64,000 nt of DNA from Synechococcus sp. (GCA_047285535.1 JBJBDC010000001.1:928136-992135); one strand, 5' to 3'; positions 28,555-39,924 are shown, counted from the first letter of the stretch. Program-made: numbers and translations. Notes: generated by a model not told the origin, from the letters alone.

Positions 28555-29868
28555 ATGCATATCGCCGTTGTCGGCCTCAGTCATCGAACGGCTCCGGTCG
28601 AAGTGCGCGAAAAGCTCAGTATTCCTGAGCAGACCATGGAGGAATCCCTACAAAGGCTTAGAAATCATGAGCAGGTGCTTGAGGCATCTATCCTCAGCAC
28701 CTGCAATCGCCTTGAGATTTACACCCTGGTGCGCAATCCAGATCTTGGAATTGCGGCCGTACGTGACTTTCTCAGTGGCCATTCCGGATTAGATAGCGTT
28801 GATTTATCTCCTCACCTCTTTGCTTATCACCATGACGAAGCCATCGCGCATTTGATGCGCGTCGCTGCAGGTCTCGACAGCCTTGTCCTAGGCGAAGGGC
28901 AAATTTTGTCCCAGGTGAAGAAGATGATGCGCCTGGGACAAGAGCACAAATCCATCGGTCCGATCCTTAACCGTCTTCTCACTCAGGCTGTAAGCACAGG
29001 GAAGCGAGTCCGCTCTGAAACCAATCTCAGCACCGGGGCTGTTTCTGTGAGTTCAGCTGCTGTTGAATTGGCTCAACTTAAACTAGGTCAATCCCGTGGC
29101 CAGGATGAGTTGGTCACACTTGAAAGCGAACAGATCGCCGTTGTCGGTGCTGGTCGAATGAGCCGTTTGTTAATCCAACATCTTCAAGCGAAGGGCGCCT
29201 CGGGCTTGGTCTTGCTAAATCGCACCATGAAGCGTGCCTCGGCATTAGCGACTGACTTTCCCAACCTGCCCATTCAATGCCGTGGACTGGAAGATCTTGA
29301 TCAGTGCCTGAGCACCTGCTCCTTGGTCTTTACAAGCACAGCAGCAGACGATCCCATTATTGATGCCAGCAGACTGAACCGTCTGAACCGCCGCAGCTCA
29401 TTGCGATTGGTCGATATTGGCGTGCCCCGAAACATCGCATCAGATGTAGTCGATATTCCAGGCGTGGACTCCCACGATGTTGATGATTTACAAGAGGTTG
29501 TGGAGCGCAACCAAGAGGCCAGACAGCAGGTTGCACGGGAAGCGGAAGGTTTACTTATTGCTGAGGGGCGTTTATTTCTCGAGTGGTGGGACAGCCTTGA
29601 GGCGGTTCCAACCATCAACCGATTAAGGGCCTCTCTCGAGGACATCCGTGTCGAGGAACTCACCAAGGCACTGAGCCGAATGGGACCCGATTTCTCGGCC
29701 AGAGAGCGAAAGGTGGTTGAAGCGCTGACCAAAGGAATCATTAACAAAATCCTTCACACACCGGTCACTCAGCTTCGCAGTGCTCAACAACGCTCCGAGC
29801 GTCAACAGGCCCTTCAGGTCGTTGAGCGAATCTTTGATTTGGAATCTGGAACAGCTGTCCAAGATTGA
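28555..29868 (+). CDS. hemA: Glutamyl-tRNA reductase
   Basis: 'SHRTAPVEVRE', 'STCNRLE', 'GLDSLVLGEGQILSQVK', 'GAGRMS'. Confidence 0.97.
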   Translation: MHIAVVGLSHRTAPVEVREKLSIPEQTMEESLQRLRNHEQVLEASILSTCNRLEIYTLVRNPDLGIAAVRDFLSGHSGLDSVDLSPHLFAYHHDEAIAHLMRVAAGLDSLVLGEGQILSQVKKMMRLGQEHKSIGPILNRLLTQAVSTGKRVRSETNLSTGAVSVSSAAVELAQLKLGQSRGQDELVTLESEQIAVVGAGRMSRLLIQHLQAKGASGLVLLNRTMKRASALATDFPNLPIQCRGLEDLDQCLSTCSLVFTSTAADDPIIDASRLNRLNRRSSLRLVDIGVPRNIASDVVDIPGVDSHDVDDLQEVVERNQEARQQVAREAEGLLIAEGRLFLEWWDSLEAVPTINRLRASLEDIRVEELTKALSRMGPDFSARERKVVEALTKGIINKILHTPVTQLRSAQQRSERQQALQVVERIFDLESGTAVQD

Positions 29869-29961
29869 TTACCAGAAATCTCGACGATCTGGCCCAAGGG
29901 TTGGTTTTCGAGGCACACAGTCCAGTAAGTTTGCAGCGCGTAGCCGATAGGCGGGACCTGC

Positions 29962-31257
29962 ATGAAGCGAGTACTGGCAATCATTCTCGGGGGAGGAGCT
30001 GGAACTCGCCTCTATCCACTTACAAAGATGAGAGCCAAACCCGCGGTGCCTCTGGCGGGCAAATATCGTCTGATTGATATTCCGATCAGTAATTGCATCA
30101 ATTCGAGCATCAACAAGATGTACGTATTGACGCAATTCAACAGTGCTTCCCTGAATCGACATCTGAGTCAGACCTACAATCTCAATGCTGGATTTGGGCA
30201 AGGTTTTGTCGAGGTTTTAGCAGCGCAACAAACTCCTGATAGCCCGTCCTGGTTCGAAGGCACAGCGGATGCAGTCCGTCAGTATCAAACCCTATTTAGT
30301 GAATGGGATGTTGACGAATACTTGATCCTTTCCGGTGATCAGCTTTACAGGATGGATTACAGCCTGTTTGTAGAGCATCACCGCAAAACTGGTGCAGATC
30401 TCACTGTCGCTGCTCTTCCTGTGGATGCTGAGCAAGCTGAAGCCTTTGGCTTAATGCGAACTGATGAGAACGGAAATATCAAAGAATTCCGTGAAAAACC
30501 AAAAGGTGATGCCTTAAAGGAGATGGCTGTTGATACCTCACGTTTTGGCCTGAGCGCTGAGTCGTCCAAAGAGCGTCCTTACCTCGCTTCCATGGGCATT
30601 TATGTCTTCAGTCGTGAGACCCTATTTAATCTCCTTCATGAGAATCCCGGCCATAAGGATTTCGGCAAGGAAGTGATCCCTGAAGCTCTTTCACGTGGGG
30701 ATTGCCTTAAAAGCTATGTGTTTGATGACTACTGGGAAGACATTGGCACCATCGGTGCATTCTATGAGGCCAATCTTGCTCTCACTCAACAACCTACACC
30801 TCCCTTCAGTTTCTATGACGAAGCATTCCCGATCTACACCCGCCCTCGTTACTTGCCACCTAGCAAGTTGGTAGACAGTCAGATTACGGAGTCAATTATT
30901 GGTGAGGGTTCGATCCTCAAGGCCTGCAGCATTCACCACTCCGTACTTGGCGTTCGTAGTCGTGTTGAAAATAATGTGGTTCTTCAGGATTCCTTATTAA
31001 TGGGTTCTGACTTTTTTGAATCTCAAAGCGAACGCGAGACTCTGAGAGAACGGGGAGGTATACCTGTCGGAGTTGGGGAAGGAACTACGGTCAAGCGAGC
31101 CATCCTTGATAAAAATGCTCGCATCGGCAAAAACGTCACCATTGTGAACAAAGATCACGTTGAGGAAGCTGATCGATCAGACCAAGGCTTCTACATTCGC
31201 AATGGAATCATCGTTGTTGTGAAAAATGCTTCGATTGCTGATGGCACAGTGATTTGA
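29962..31257 (+). CDS. glgC: Glucose-1-phosphate adenylyltransferase
   Basis: '[21 protein letters not shown]', 'WFEGTADAV', 'YWEDIGT'. Confidence 0.97.
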   Translation: MKRVLAIILGGGAGTRLYPLTKMRAKPAVPLAGKYRLIDIPISNCINSSINKMYVLTQFNSASLNRHLSQTYNLNAGFGQGFVEVLAAQQTPDSPSWFEGTADAVRQYQTLFSEWDVDEYLILSGDQLYRMDYSLFVEHHRKTGADLTVAALPVDAEQAEAFGLMRTDENGNIKEFREKPKGDALKEMAVDTSRFGLSAESSKERPYLASMGIYVFSRETLFNLLHENPGHKDFGKEVIPEALSRGDCLKSYVFDDYWEDIGTIGAFYEANLALTQQPTPPFSFYDEAFPIYTRPRYLPPSKLVDSQITESIIGEGSILKACSIHHSVLGVRSRVENNVVLQDSLLMGSDFFESQSERETLRERGGIPVGVGEGTTVKRAILDKNARIGKNVTIVNKDHVEEADRSDQGFYIRNGIIVVVKNASIADGTVI

Positions 31258-31356
31258 CCATGAGTGGTTCCATCTCATATTCCTGACAGAGGTGCACCTT
31301 TTCGCAGCCGATCATTGATCCCGTGGTCACACTGACTCCAGTGAAAGGTGCTCTTG

Positions 31357-32775
31357 ATGTCTAAGTCCCACTTTGGTCTTATCGGTCTCGGCGTGATGGG
31401 AGAAAACCTAGTTCTCAATGCTGAGAGAAACGGTTTTTCGAGTGTTGTGTACAACCGCACCTATTCAAAGACGGAAGACTTTCTGAAAGGTCGCGGTGCT
31501 GGAAAAAACATCCAAGGTGCTACCTCACTAGAGGACTTTGCGAACAAATTAGAGAGACCTCGCCGCATCTTGATGATGGTGAAAGCAGGCGGCCCTGTTG
31601 ATGCCGTGATCGAACAGATTTCCCCTTTTTTAGAAGAAGGAGATCTCTTAATTGATGGAGGAAATTCTGAATATCACGACACAGAGCGTCGGGTTGCCGA
31701 CCTTGAAAGCAAGAGCTTCGGATTTATTGGCATGGGAGTTTCTGGTGGTGCAAAAGGTGCATTAGAAGGCCCGAGCATGATGCCTGGTGGAACCAAAGCC
31801 TCCTATGACGCAATCGAAAGCCTGGTCTGCAAAATGGCGGCCCAAGTCGAAGATGGACCTTGTGTGACCTACATCGGCCCTGGCGGTTCAGGACACTTTG
31901 TGAAAACAGTGCACAACGGAATTGAATACGGAATTGAGCAAATTCTTGCTGAGGGCTATGACCTGATGAAGAGGGTTGGGGGTATGAACGGAACCCAGAT
32001 GGCCGATGTATTGGCCCACTGGAACCGCACAGAAGAGCTGTCTTCGTATCTCGTTGAGATCACAGAGATCTGTCTTCGAACCAAGGATCCCGAGGACGGA
32101 ACAGATCTGATCGAAAAGATACAGGACAAAGCAGGCCAGAAGGGCACTGGGTTATGGACTGTGGTCAGCGCATTGCAGATGGGAGCTTCAGTGCCAACCA
32201 TCTACGCAGCCCTCAATGGCCGCGTGATGAGTTCAATGAAAGATCAGCGCGTGAAGGCTGAATCGATCCTTAAAGGACCAGCAGTCAAACCCTTTGATAT
32301 GGGCACTCCTGCCGATGGAATGGCTCCACTCATGGATGCCATGGTGCTTGCCTCTATGGCCAGCTATGCCCAGGGTATGGAACTTCTGCGAATCGCATCC
32401 GCAGAGCATGATTACCACTTGAATATGCCCTCGATTGCTCAGATCTGGAAAGGTGGTTGCATCATCCGCGCCCGTCTTCTCAAACGTATTCAAGATGCGT
32501 TCAAAACCAATCCAGATCTGAACAATCTGCTCATCGATCCCTGGTTTGCGAATCAGGTCAATACCCGACTTCCCGGATTAGCCCAAGTCGTGGCTGGTGC
32601 AGCAGAAGCAGGTATTCCGGTTCCCTGCCTGAGCAGCACGCTTGACTACATCAATAGCTACCGGACAGCTCGACTACCTCAGAACGCAGTCCAGGCGATG
32701 CGTGACTGCTTCGGTTCCCATACCTATCAGCGCATCGATAAGGAGGGAACTTTCCACACCGAGTGGTTGGATTGA
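31357..32775 (+). CDS. gnd: 6-phosphogluconate dehydrogenase (NADP, decarboxylating)
   Basis: 'GLGVMG', 'HFVKTVHNGIEYG', 'GQKGTG', 'RDCFGSHTY'. Confidence 0.97.
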   Translation: MSKSHFGLIGLGVMGENLVLNAERNGFSSVVYNRTYSKTEDFLKGRGAGKNIQGATSLEDFANKLERPRRILMMVKAGGPVDAVIEQISPFLEEGDLLIDGGNSEYHDTERRVADLESKSFGFIGMGVSGGAKGALEGPSMMPGGTKASYDAIESLVCKMAAQVEDGPCVTYIGPGGSGHFVKTVHNGIEYGIEQILAEGYDLMKRVGGMNGTQMADVLAHWNRTEELSSYLVEITEICLRTKDPEDGTDLIEKIQDKAGQKGTGLWTVVSALQMGASVPTIYAALNGRVMSSMKDQRVKAESILKGPAVKPFDMGTPADGMAPLMDAMVLASMASYAQGMELLRIASAEHDYHLNMPSIAQIWKGGCIIRARLLKRIQDAFKTNPDLNNLLIDPWFANQVNTRLPGLAQVVAGAAEAGIPVPCLSSTLDYINSYRTARLPQNAVQAMRDCFGSHTYQRIDKEGTFHTEWLD

Positions 32776-32785
32776 GGTTGATCCG

Positions 32786-33502
32786 ATGACCTCTTATCGC
32801 ATCGAGCGGGCTAGTGATTCGCAGGATTTAGCCAAACGTGCTGCCGAACATATCGCCACGTCCATTCAACTGGCGCTGGATCAACGAGATCGTGCTCAGA
32901 TTGCTTTATCCGGCGGAACCACTCCTTCTCAGGCTTATCAACAACTGAGCCATCAACATCTTCCCTGGGATCGCGTTGATGTGTTTCTTGGAGATGAGCG
33001 TTGGGTGTCTAGCGATGATGCATCCAGCAACGCACGCATGCTCCGCTCAACCTTGCTTCAAGCAGGCAGCCCAGGTTCAGCAGCGTGCTTCCATCCTGTG
33101 CCAACAGTTGAGCTTCCCTCTCCTGAAGCCAGCGCCGATGCCTTCGCAGAGCTGGTTAGCACAATCTGCTCTGGTGAGCCACCTGTCTTCGACATGATGC
33201 TGCTTGGCCTCGGTGATGATGGGCATACCGCCTCTCTGTTTCCAGGGACTGAGGCACCGGGCATCCTTGACCGCTCAACCACCATTGGTCGTGGGAAAGG
33301 GTTAGAGCGCATCACATTGACGGCTCCCGTACTGAGTGCTTCTCGCAACGTGGTCTTTTTAGTCAGCGGAGCCGGTAAAAGGGAAGCCCTTCGTCGCTTG
33401 CTCGATCCTGAGGAATCCTCAGATCGAACCCCGGCAAAGCTGGTCACCCCTCTCACCGAAATCATCGTGATTGCTGACCATGCCGCTAGTGAAGGGCTTT
33501 AA
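32786..33502 (+). CDS. pgl: 6-phosphogluconolactonase
   Basis: 'ALSGGTTP', 'GDERWV', 'GLGDDGHTASLFP', 'RITLT'; ATG 32786. Confidence 0.95.
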   Translation: MTSYRIERASDSQDLAKRAAEHIATSIQLALDQRDRAQIALSGGTTPSQAYQQLSHQHLPWDRVDVFLGDERWVSSDDASSNARMLRSTLLQAGSPGSAACFHPVPTVELPSPEASADAFAELVSTICSGEPPVFDMMLLGLGDDGHTASLFPGTEAPGILDRSTTIGRGKGLERITLTAPVLSASRNVVFLVSGAGKREALRRLLDPEESSDRTPAKLVTPLTEIIVIADHAASEGL

Positions 33503-33537
33503 ATGTTTTGGCTGTTGTCTAGGAGGAGGAACTCGCG

Positions 33538-34074
33538 ATGAGCACTTCTCGTGTCTCACTCCATGAGTGGACGCCTCTGAACGACACCATCATGGGAGGG
33601 AGAAGCCGAGCTGGCTGCAAACTCACTCCGGAAGGGCTACTCCTTGAAGGTGAGGTCGTAGCTGATGGCGGCGGCTTTGTGAGTTGCCGTTCACCGCTAT
33701 TTCGTCCACCTCTCAATCTCTCTCTTTTCCGCGGGTTGCGCTTGGTGGTGGAAGGGGAAGGTCGAACGTTGAAATTTGCCGTTGCCTGCTCCGATGGAGT
33801 GATGGGTCTTACAGAATTGATCCCAGGAGGACTCCGCTGGGTCACAGCCGTTCCAACGGAACAAGAAGGTAGAACTACTGTGGAGATTGCATTTGCTGAT
33901 CTTCGACCAGCAATTCGTGCCAAGCCAGTAGGACTTCCAGTGAGGTTCGATTCGTCAGCAATCACCCGCTTGCAATTGCTTCATTCAAGATTTGATGAAG
34001 CCGGATCCACAAATTCAGGATTCCGAGACGGTCCGATACGTCTTTTAATCCATTCGATCGAACCCTATGCATGA
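33538..34074 (+). CDS. CIA30-family protein
   Basis: 'W..LNDTIMGG.S', 'GGGFVSCRS'. Confidence 0.85.
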   Translation: MSTSRVSLHEWTPLNDTIMGGRSRAGCKLTPEGLLLEGEVVADGGGFVSCRSPLFRPPLNLSLFRGLRLVVEGEGRTLKFAVACSDGVMGLTELIPGGLRWVTAVPTEQEGRTTVEIAFADLRPAIRAKPVGLPVRFDSSAITRLQLLHSRFDEAGSTNSGFRDGPIRLLIHSIEPYA

Positions 34075-34454
34075 TCGATCTAGCAGCTGCGATCGCCCAT
34101 ATAGCTGATCTATGCCGCAAGCCCTATCGGCATGCGGTTGTTCCGATGCATGAGGATGAATTAGCAAACAAAACTGAAGATCTATTGGTTCGCATTGAAA
34201 CTCGTGATGCTTCTGGTAAACGGATGGAATGCATGGATCTTGAACTTGAGATTTATCGCAGCGGTCATGACTTGAATCTGATGCTGAGTTGGTGTGATCA
34301 AAGCGACCGACCGATGCTCTGGCAGGGGCAACATCCTGTTTGGATGGATGGAGACAGTGGCATGCGCTGCTCTGCGCCATCTGATGGCCAACCCTTGGAA
34401 GCCATGGCACGCCGGCTTCGAGCACAACTGGTCAATCAACATCCCATCGATTGA
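34071..34454 (+). CDS. Hypothetical protein
   Basis: 127 aa, ATGA-coupled to the CIA30 gene; 'PMLWQGQHPVWMD'. Confidence 0.75.
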   Translation: MIDLAAAIAHIADLCRKPYRHAVVPMHEDELANKTEDLLVRIETRDASGKRMECMDLELEIYRSGHDLNLMLSWCDQSDRPMLWQGQHPVWMDGDSGMRCSAPSDGQPLEAMARRLRAQLVNQHPID

Positions 34455-34673
34455 GATGACTATTTTTTAAACCACTGAAAAACCACAATCACATCAAATC
34501 TTTTTTCTTCATTCTCACTAACCCTGAGAAAAGTACGATCAAGATCATCTAACAGCACAGAAAGAGATCAAAAAGCACATCCATCCTCAAATCACTCCAA
34601 ACACACAACACTCAACTCAAAAAGACACTTCACATCAAGGAATGAATTGCATAACTTCCACCTATGCATCACT

Positions 34674-36347
34674 TCAATCAGGCTGATCAGTCACTGCACC
34701 ACGGCTAGAACTCGAAACGAGTCGAGCATATTTCCCAAGAATTCCAGTGCGATATTTCGGCGTATGTCCTGACCAAGCACGACGTCGTCTTTCAAGTTCA
34801 TTGTCATTGACATTCAGCTGTAAAAGGTTCTGATTGGCATCAACCGTGATGCTGTCCCCTTCTTGCACTAAGCCAATGTTTCCCCCAACAGCAGCTTCTG
34901 GTGCCACATGACCAACAACCAAACCGTAGGTGCCTCCACTGAATCGACCATCGGTAATTAAGGCCACCTTATCTCCAAGTCCCTGTCCAACAATGGCAGC
35001 CGTAGGGGCAAGCATTTCACGCATTCCTGGGCCTCCCACTGGGCCTTCTTGGCGGATGACGATCACGTCACCGGCATGAATATGTTCCCCAATAATCGCA
35101 GCCAAACAATCTTCTTCACTTTCAAAAACGCGAGCAGGACCGGTGAGGACAGGCGTTTTGATGCCGCTGATTTTGGCGACCGCTCCTTCGCTTGCCAAAT
35201 TTCCTTTCAGAATGGCCAAATGCCCTTTGGCATAAAGGGGGTTACTTAACGGCCTAATCACTTCTTGTCCTTCAGGAGGCGTTGAAGGAATATCAGCCAA
35301 CAATTCTTTCAATGTTTTCCCTTCAATCGTGCGGCAATCGCCATGGAGCAATCCTGCATCCAAAAGCAATTTCATCACCTGTGGAATGCCGCCAGCCTGA
35401 TGAAGATCCACGGTGACATAACGGCCACTCGGTTTGAGATCACAGATCACCGGAACGCGTTGGCGTATCTGTTCAAAATCATCGATGCTGAGATTCACGC
35501 CTGCAGTGCGCGCAATAGCAAGCAAATGCAACACAGAATTGGTCGATCCCCCCACTGCCATGATCACGCTGATGGCATTTTCAAAGGCTTCCCGGGTGAG
35601 TAGATCCAGAGGCCGAATATTGGATTTGATGGCTTCTACAAGCACCTCAGCTGAGCGGGCCGCACTCTCTGCCTTTTCTTCATCTTCAGCAGCCATCGTG
35701 GAACTATGAGGAAGGCTTAGACCCATTGTTTCAATTGCAGCACTCATTGTGTTTGCTGTGAACATTCCTCCACAACTTCCAGCGCCTGGGCATGCATTTT
35801 TCTCAATTGCTATGAGCCGGTCTTCATCGATCTTCCCGCTAGTGATCTGCCCAACAGCTTCAAAAGCACTCACAACGGTGAGATCACATCCACCAAGTTT
35901 CCCAGGTTTGATGGTTCCGCCGTAAACAAAGATCGAAGGAATATTCATCCTGGCCATCGCCAACATGGCGCCAGGCATGTTTTTATCGCAACCACCAACA
36001 GCAAGAACGCCATCCATGCTCTGACCATTACAGGCAGTTTCAATGGCATCGGCGATCACCTCACGGCTGACCAGGGAATATTTCATCCCTTCGGTCCCCA
36101 TTGAGATGCCGTCACTCACAGTGATTGTGCCGAACATCTGTGGCATACCTCCTGCCTTGCGGGCGGAAGCGTCGGCTCGACGCGACAACGTATCTAGCCC
36201 GATGTTGCAGGGAGTGATTGTGCTGTAACCGTTGGCAATACCGATAATCGGCTTCCCAAAATCATCATCAGCGAAACCAACTGCTCGCAACATTGCCCGA
36301 TTAGGCGAGCGTTGTATCCCTTGAGTAACGGCGTCTGAGCGAAGCAT
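34674..36347 (-). CDS. ilvD: Dihydroxy-acid dehydratase
   Basis: 'TPCN', 'GCDKNMPG', '[10 protein letters not shown]', 'TDGRFSGGT'; ATG 36347. Confidence 0.97.
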   Translation of the reverse strand: MLRSDAVTQGIQRSPNRAMLRAVGFADDDFGKPIIGIANGYSTITPCNIGLDTLSRRADASARKAGGMPQMFGTITVSDGISMGTEGMKYSLVSREVIADAIETACNGQSMDGVLAVGGCDKNMPGAMLAMARMNIPSIFVYGGTIKPGKLGGCDLTVVSAFEAVGQITSGKIDEDRLIAIEKNACPGAGSCGGMFTANTMSAAIETMGLSLPHSSTMAAEDEEKAESAARSAEVLVEAIKSNIRPLDLLTREAFENAISVIMAVGGSTNSVLHLLAIARTAGVNLSIDDFEQIRQRVPVICDLKPSGRYVTVDLHQAGGIPQVMKLLLDAGLLHGDCRTIEGKTLKELLADIPSTPPEGQEVIRPLSNPLYAKGHLAILKGNLASEGAVAKISGIKTPVLTGPARVFESEEDCLAAIIGEHIHAGDVIVIRQEGPVGGPGMREMLAPTAAIVGQGLGDKVALITDGRFSGGTYGLVVGHVAPEAAVGGNIGLVQEGDSITVDANQNLLQLNVNDNELERRRRAWSGHTPKYRTGILGKYARLVSSSSRGAVTDQPD

Positions 36348-36400
36348 GGCAACGAAGGGAACGCAGATGGTGACAGGAGCCAACCTACCGGCTGTCGTGA

Positions 36401-36691
36401 TTAGTTCCTTGAGCCAAGGTCCTCTAGCTGACGGCGCACATCTGAAATTGCTGAATTGAGCTGCTCAACACGATGCTCTAGTTGCCCCTCACGCTCTGCG
36501 GCTTGCTTGGTTTCTAAGGCTTCACTGCCATCTTGCATCCTTGGGGCATAGAGCATGGAGCGTTGACGCTTAATTCTCTGGCGGCGTTCTGCTTCAGAGA
36601 GAAGCCACCAACCCAAACCTGCGGCGCCGAGGAAAGCTCCGCTGAGCAGTGTGAACAGTGTTCCTGATCTTGACTCCTGCTGCCTGCTCAT
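36401..36691 (-). CDS. Small membrane-anchored coiled-coil protein
   Basis: TM '[17 protein letters not shown]' plus C-terminal heptads. Confidence 0.75.
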   Translation of the reverse strand: MSRQQESRSGTLFTLLSGAFLGAAGLGWWLLSEAERRQRIKRQRSMLYAPRMQDGSEALETKQAAEREGQLEHRVEQLNSAISDVRRQLEDLGSRN

Positions 36692-36715
36692 CGCTGTCGA
36701 TGGATTTTGTTAAGC

Positions 36716-37333
36716 CTAGTGGGAGGAAGGAGTTCTGATTTGTAGCCGTTGAGATGTGTTGCCGATGCCAGGACAGATCTGACCATTTTGATTGAGTTCA
36801 GCATCAATGCACGCGGCGTGAATGGTGAGTTCAGGAAAACTCTCACCCAATCGTTTCAACCCAGGGCTGGCAGTTAATGCTGAGATCACACGAAGCCTTT
36901 GGCTCTCGACACCTTTAGCAACAAGTTCATGCATGAGAGGCAGAAGGTTTTCGGCATCACTAATTTGATCAATCAGGAGCACGAGTCCTGCATTGGTTTC
37001 GATCAATTCAGGTAGACCGCCAAGGCAAAGTTCTGCATGAGGCAATACTTTTCGAGCTCCTTCCCAGAGCATGAGACCACCTGGGAGAACGGGCACGGCA
37101 AGGAGTGGAACACCCGTTTCGATCACAGTTCCTTCCGTTTGCTGAAGAACGGTTTGAACCTCTTCACGCCGATGAGGTAGCCAATCCCTTAAAGCTTCGT
37201 AGGTAAGCCAGCGTCCAAGCTCTTCCATAGCTGTTCTGTAAAGCGACGGTGGTGTGCCGGCGTGGCGCAGCATCGTGAGCCAATGAGCAATGAGTGGATG
37301 GGGGGGAACCACCACCCTTAGGGTTTTGGCCAT
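36716..37333 (-). CDS. upp: Uracil phosphoribosyltransferase (divergent PRPP loop)
   Basis: 'PHPLIAHWLTMLR', 'ELGRWLTYEA', 'ICPGIG'; ATG 37333. Confidence 0.88.
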   Translation of the reverse strand: MAKTLRVVVPPHPLIAHWLTMLRHAGTPPSLYRTAMEELGRWLTYEALRDWLPHRREEVQTVLQQTEGTVIETGVPLLAVPVLPGGLMLWEGARKVLPHAELCLGGLPELIETNAGLVLLIDQISDAENLLPLMHELVAKGVESQRLRVISALTASPGLKRLGESFPELTIHAACIDAELNQNGQICPGIGNTSQRLQIRTPSSH

Positions 37334-37419
37334 GGCACGTGGTGAGGCAGGTTTATGCCATAACGTGACCATTCAAGCTACGGCAGCTGCAGCCAGAAGC
37401 TGACTGCTTTTTTATTCTG

Positions 37420-37938
37420 ATGCCCGTTCCCGAGTCGTTGCATAAGAACGTATTAGCGTTTTTGATTGGACTAGTACTTGTTTCAAGCCTGATCTCCCTT
37501 CCTCAGTCGGCTCTTGCCATTACAGCGCCTGAATTGCGAGGTCAATTCGCTGTGAAGGACATCAGCGCTGACATGCATGGTCTTGATTTAAAAGAAAAAG
37601 AATTTTTAAAAGCTGATCTTCGTGGGGTAGATCTCAGTGAAACCGACCTACGCGGTGCTGTAATCAACACGTCTCAACTTCAGGGGGCTGATCTTCATGG
37701 CGCGAATCTTGAGGATGTGGTCGCTTTTTCCAGCCGATTTGATTCAACTGACTTGAGCGACGCGAACTTCACCAACGCCATGTTGATGCAGAGCCGTTTT
37801 GTGAATGCGCAGATTGAAGGAACAGACTTCACGGATGCCGTCATCGATCTCACGCAGATGAAGGCCCTGTGCACCCGTGCCAATGGAGTGAACAGTCGCA
37901 GCGGAGTTAGCACCCGCGAAAGTCTGGGGTGTCGCTGA
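37420..37938 (+). CDS. Pentapeptide-repeat protein with signal peptide
   Basis: A(D/N)Lxx repeats; ends 'TRESLGC'. Confidence 0.9.
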   Translation: MPVPESLHKNVLAFLIGLVLVSSLISLPQSALAITAPELRGQFAVKDISADMHGLDLKEKEFLKADLRGVDLSETDLRGAVINTSQLQGADLHGANLEDVVAFSSRFDSTDLSDANFTNAMLMQSRFVNAQIEGTDFTDAVIDLTQMKALCTRANGVNSRSGVSTRESLGCR

Positions 37939-39014
37939 TGTCTTCAAGACTCCCCGTCACCGTCATCACCGGCTTTCTTGGTGCCGGGAAAACAACCCTT
38001 TTGCGCCATCTCTTGATCCATAGCGGCCAACGCCTCGCAGTGATGGTCAATGAATTTGGAACCGTTGGTCTGGATGGAGATCTCATCCGCAGTTGTGGGT
38101 TCTGTCCAGACGATGAACTCGATGGGCGTCTCGTTGAGTTGAACAACGGGTGCCTGTGTTGCACGGTGCAGGACGATTTCCTACCCACGATGGAGACACT
38201 ACTGGCCCGATCAAATCAGCTTGATGGAATCGTTGTTGAGACGAGTGGGTTGGCACTACCAAGGCCTCTCCTGCAGGCACTCGAATGGCCCGCGATCCGG
38301 GCACGAGTGCACGTGAATGGTGTGGTCACTGTTGTGGATGGTGAAGCTCTCATCCACGGAAGTCCTGTGGGTGATCCTGAAGCGTTGGAACAGCAGAGAA
38401 AAGAAGATCCAAGTTTGGATCACCTCACAGCGATTGATGAATTATTTGAGGATCAACTCGAATCAGCTGATTTGGTCTTAATTAGTCGCTCTGATCGGTT
38501 GGATTCAAGCGAACTTGAGCAAATTCAGCAGTCACTTCTACCCAAGGTCAGAACCGGCACCTCATTGGTCTGTATGTCACGCGGGCAAGTCGAGCCAGCT
38601 CTTCTCTTTGATGTTCAGCGCGCGAGTCCTATCAAAATCACCACTGAACATGAACATGAACATGAACATGAACATGAACATGAACATGAACATGAACAGC
38701 ATGACCATCGACACGTGGATGTTGTTGGTGGCGCTGTTCGTTTTGAAGGGGTTGTTGACCGTGGAGATTTGGAACGCATACTTCCAGCCTTTGTAACTGA
38801 ACATCAGGTCGTACGCCTGAAAGGACGAGTTTGGTTGCCTGGTAAATCACTTCCTTTGCAAATTCAGATGGTTGGTCCTCGTTTAGAGAGCTGGTTTGAA
38901 GCAGCACCAGATCAAGCGTGGATGCCTAATACTCAGTCTGGTGTTGATTTAGTTGTTATTGGATTTGACTCCACAGCATCTGAAAAACTAAAAGTCGCTC
39001 TTAACGCATCTTGA
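37938..39014 (+). CDS. cobW: COG0523/CobW GTPase metallochaperone
   Basis: 'GFLGAGKTT', 'NEFG', 'GCLCC', 'ETSGLA', His-rich linker, 'RLKG'. Confidence 0.9.
   Translation: MSSRLPVTVITGFLGAGKTTLLRHLLIHSGQRLAVMVNEFGTVGLDGDLIRSCGFCPDDELDGRLVELNNGCLCCTVQDDFLPTMETLLARSNQLDGIVVETSGLALPRPLLQALEWPAIRARVHVNGVVTVVDGEALIHGSPVGDPEALEQQRKEDPSLDHLTAIDELFEDQLESADLVLISRSDRLDSSELEQIQQSLLPKVRTGTSLVCMSRGQVEPALLFDVQRASPIKITTEHEHEHEHEHEHEHEHEQHDHRHVDVVGGAVRFEGVVDRGDLERILPAFVTEHQVVRLKGRVWLPGKSLPLQIQMVGPRLESWFEAAPDQAWMPNTQSGVDLVVIGFDSTASEKLKVALNAS
38645..38698. repeat. (TGAACA)9 microsatellite encoding an (EH)n tract in CobW
   Basis: Nine perfect hexamers counted. Confidence 0.95.
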
Positions 39015-39191
39015 GGGTAATTACTCGCAGGCTGTTAATTGATCTTAAAGATCACATAACTCTATTAGACTTAATGTCAGCTTGGCATTCATGCGCAAGG
39101 GCTTGCTATCACAAGAATTCAATCTGTATTGTTTATCAAACAACTATTGGAAACCGACTCCGACAGCGCATTAAACAAAGACACCCAATGG

Positions 39192-39230
39192 AAAGATAAA
39201 GATAAAGATAAAGATAAAGATAAAGATAAA
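39192..39230. repeat. (AAAGAT)6.5 microsatellite
   Basis: Six perfect hexamers plus AAA, between cobW and the convergent gene. Confidence 0.95.
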
Positions 39231-39291
39231 TTGTGCCCTTTAAGGCATCCTATCAAGAAGTCAACCCAAACCTCACTTGCCTCTATGCATT

Positions 39292-39924
39292 TCAATCTTG
39301 AACAACTAAGAGTTGGACATTACTGATGCGAATAAGTTCGGAAAGTTCGAGTAGATCTTTTTTGCTGATAAGTCCAATGCAACCCAATGTGCCGCTGTTG
39401 CCATTGAGTCCAGCACTGGGATCCTGATGAATACCCAGAACTCTTCTGCCCGTGGTGAAGTTCGGTTCAATTCCAATCCAAACGGGTCCTAATTCCGGAT
39501 AAGCACCTTCTGCCAGAGGCTCAACAGGTCCGAGGGTGTATCTCCCTGAGGGCAAAGGAGCCCTGCTACCCATTTGGTCACGGTTGGCATTCTGTCGGTG
39601 AGCCCTCCCACTCAAAGCGTCGTAATGACGAGCAGGTTGTCCCGGAATCTCCAAACGCAAATCCCAGATTGGATCACCAGTTGAACGGATCCTTCGTTCT
39701 GTGCGCTCCAGAACCAGTTGAGGCCGAGGAACAGGTCTAGGAATTGAGGGTTCGAGTATGGCTAAAAGTCCTGATCTAGCCTGTTTTGCGGCAGGTCTAT
39801 CGAGATCGATGTCTTTGGCATAACTCGAAGCGTTGATCTCGATCCCTCCAAAGACTGCAACGAGAAGCAACACGGATCGAGCGCGTTTGCTCGTCATCAT
39901 CTGGAGGAATACAGACAAAACCAT
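39292..39924 (-). CDS. L,D-transpeptidase-like (YkuD/DUF2778-type) exported protein
   Basis: Signal peptide; 'APLPSGRYTLG'; 'GIHQD...GTLGCIG' His/Cys pattern; start probably near 39900. Confidence 0.7.
   Translation of the reverse strand: MVLSVFLQMMTSKRARSVLLLVAVFGGIEINASSYAKDIDLDRPAAKQARSGLLAILEPSIPRPVPRPQLVLERTERRIRSTGDPIWDLRLEIPGQPARHYDALSGRAHRQNANRDQMGSRAPLPSGRYTLGPVEPLAEGAYPELGPVWIGIEPNFTTGRRVLGIHQDPSAGLNGNSGTLGCIGLISKKDLLELSELIRISNVQLLVVQD

Noticed and set aside
38515..38907. Alternative-frame ORFs with (MN)n, (MF)n and (VH)n runs
   Set aside because: Other readings of the same TGAACA repeat inside cobW
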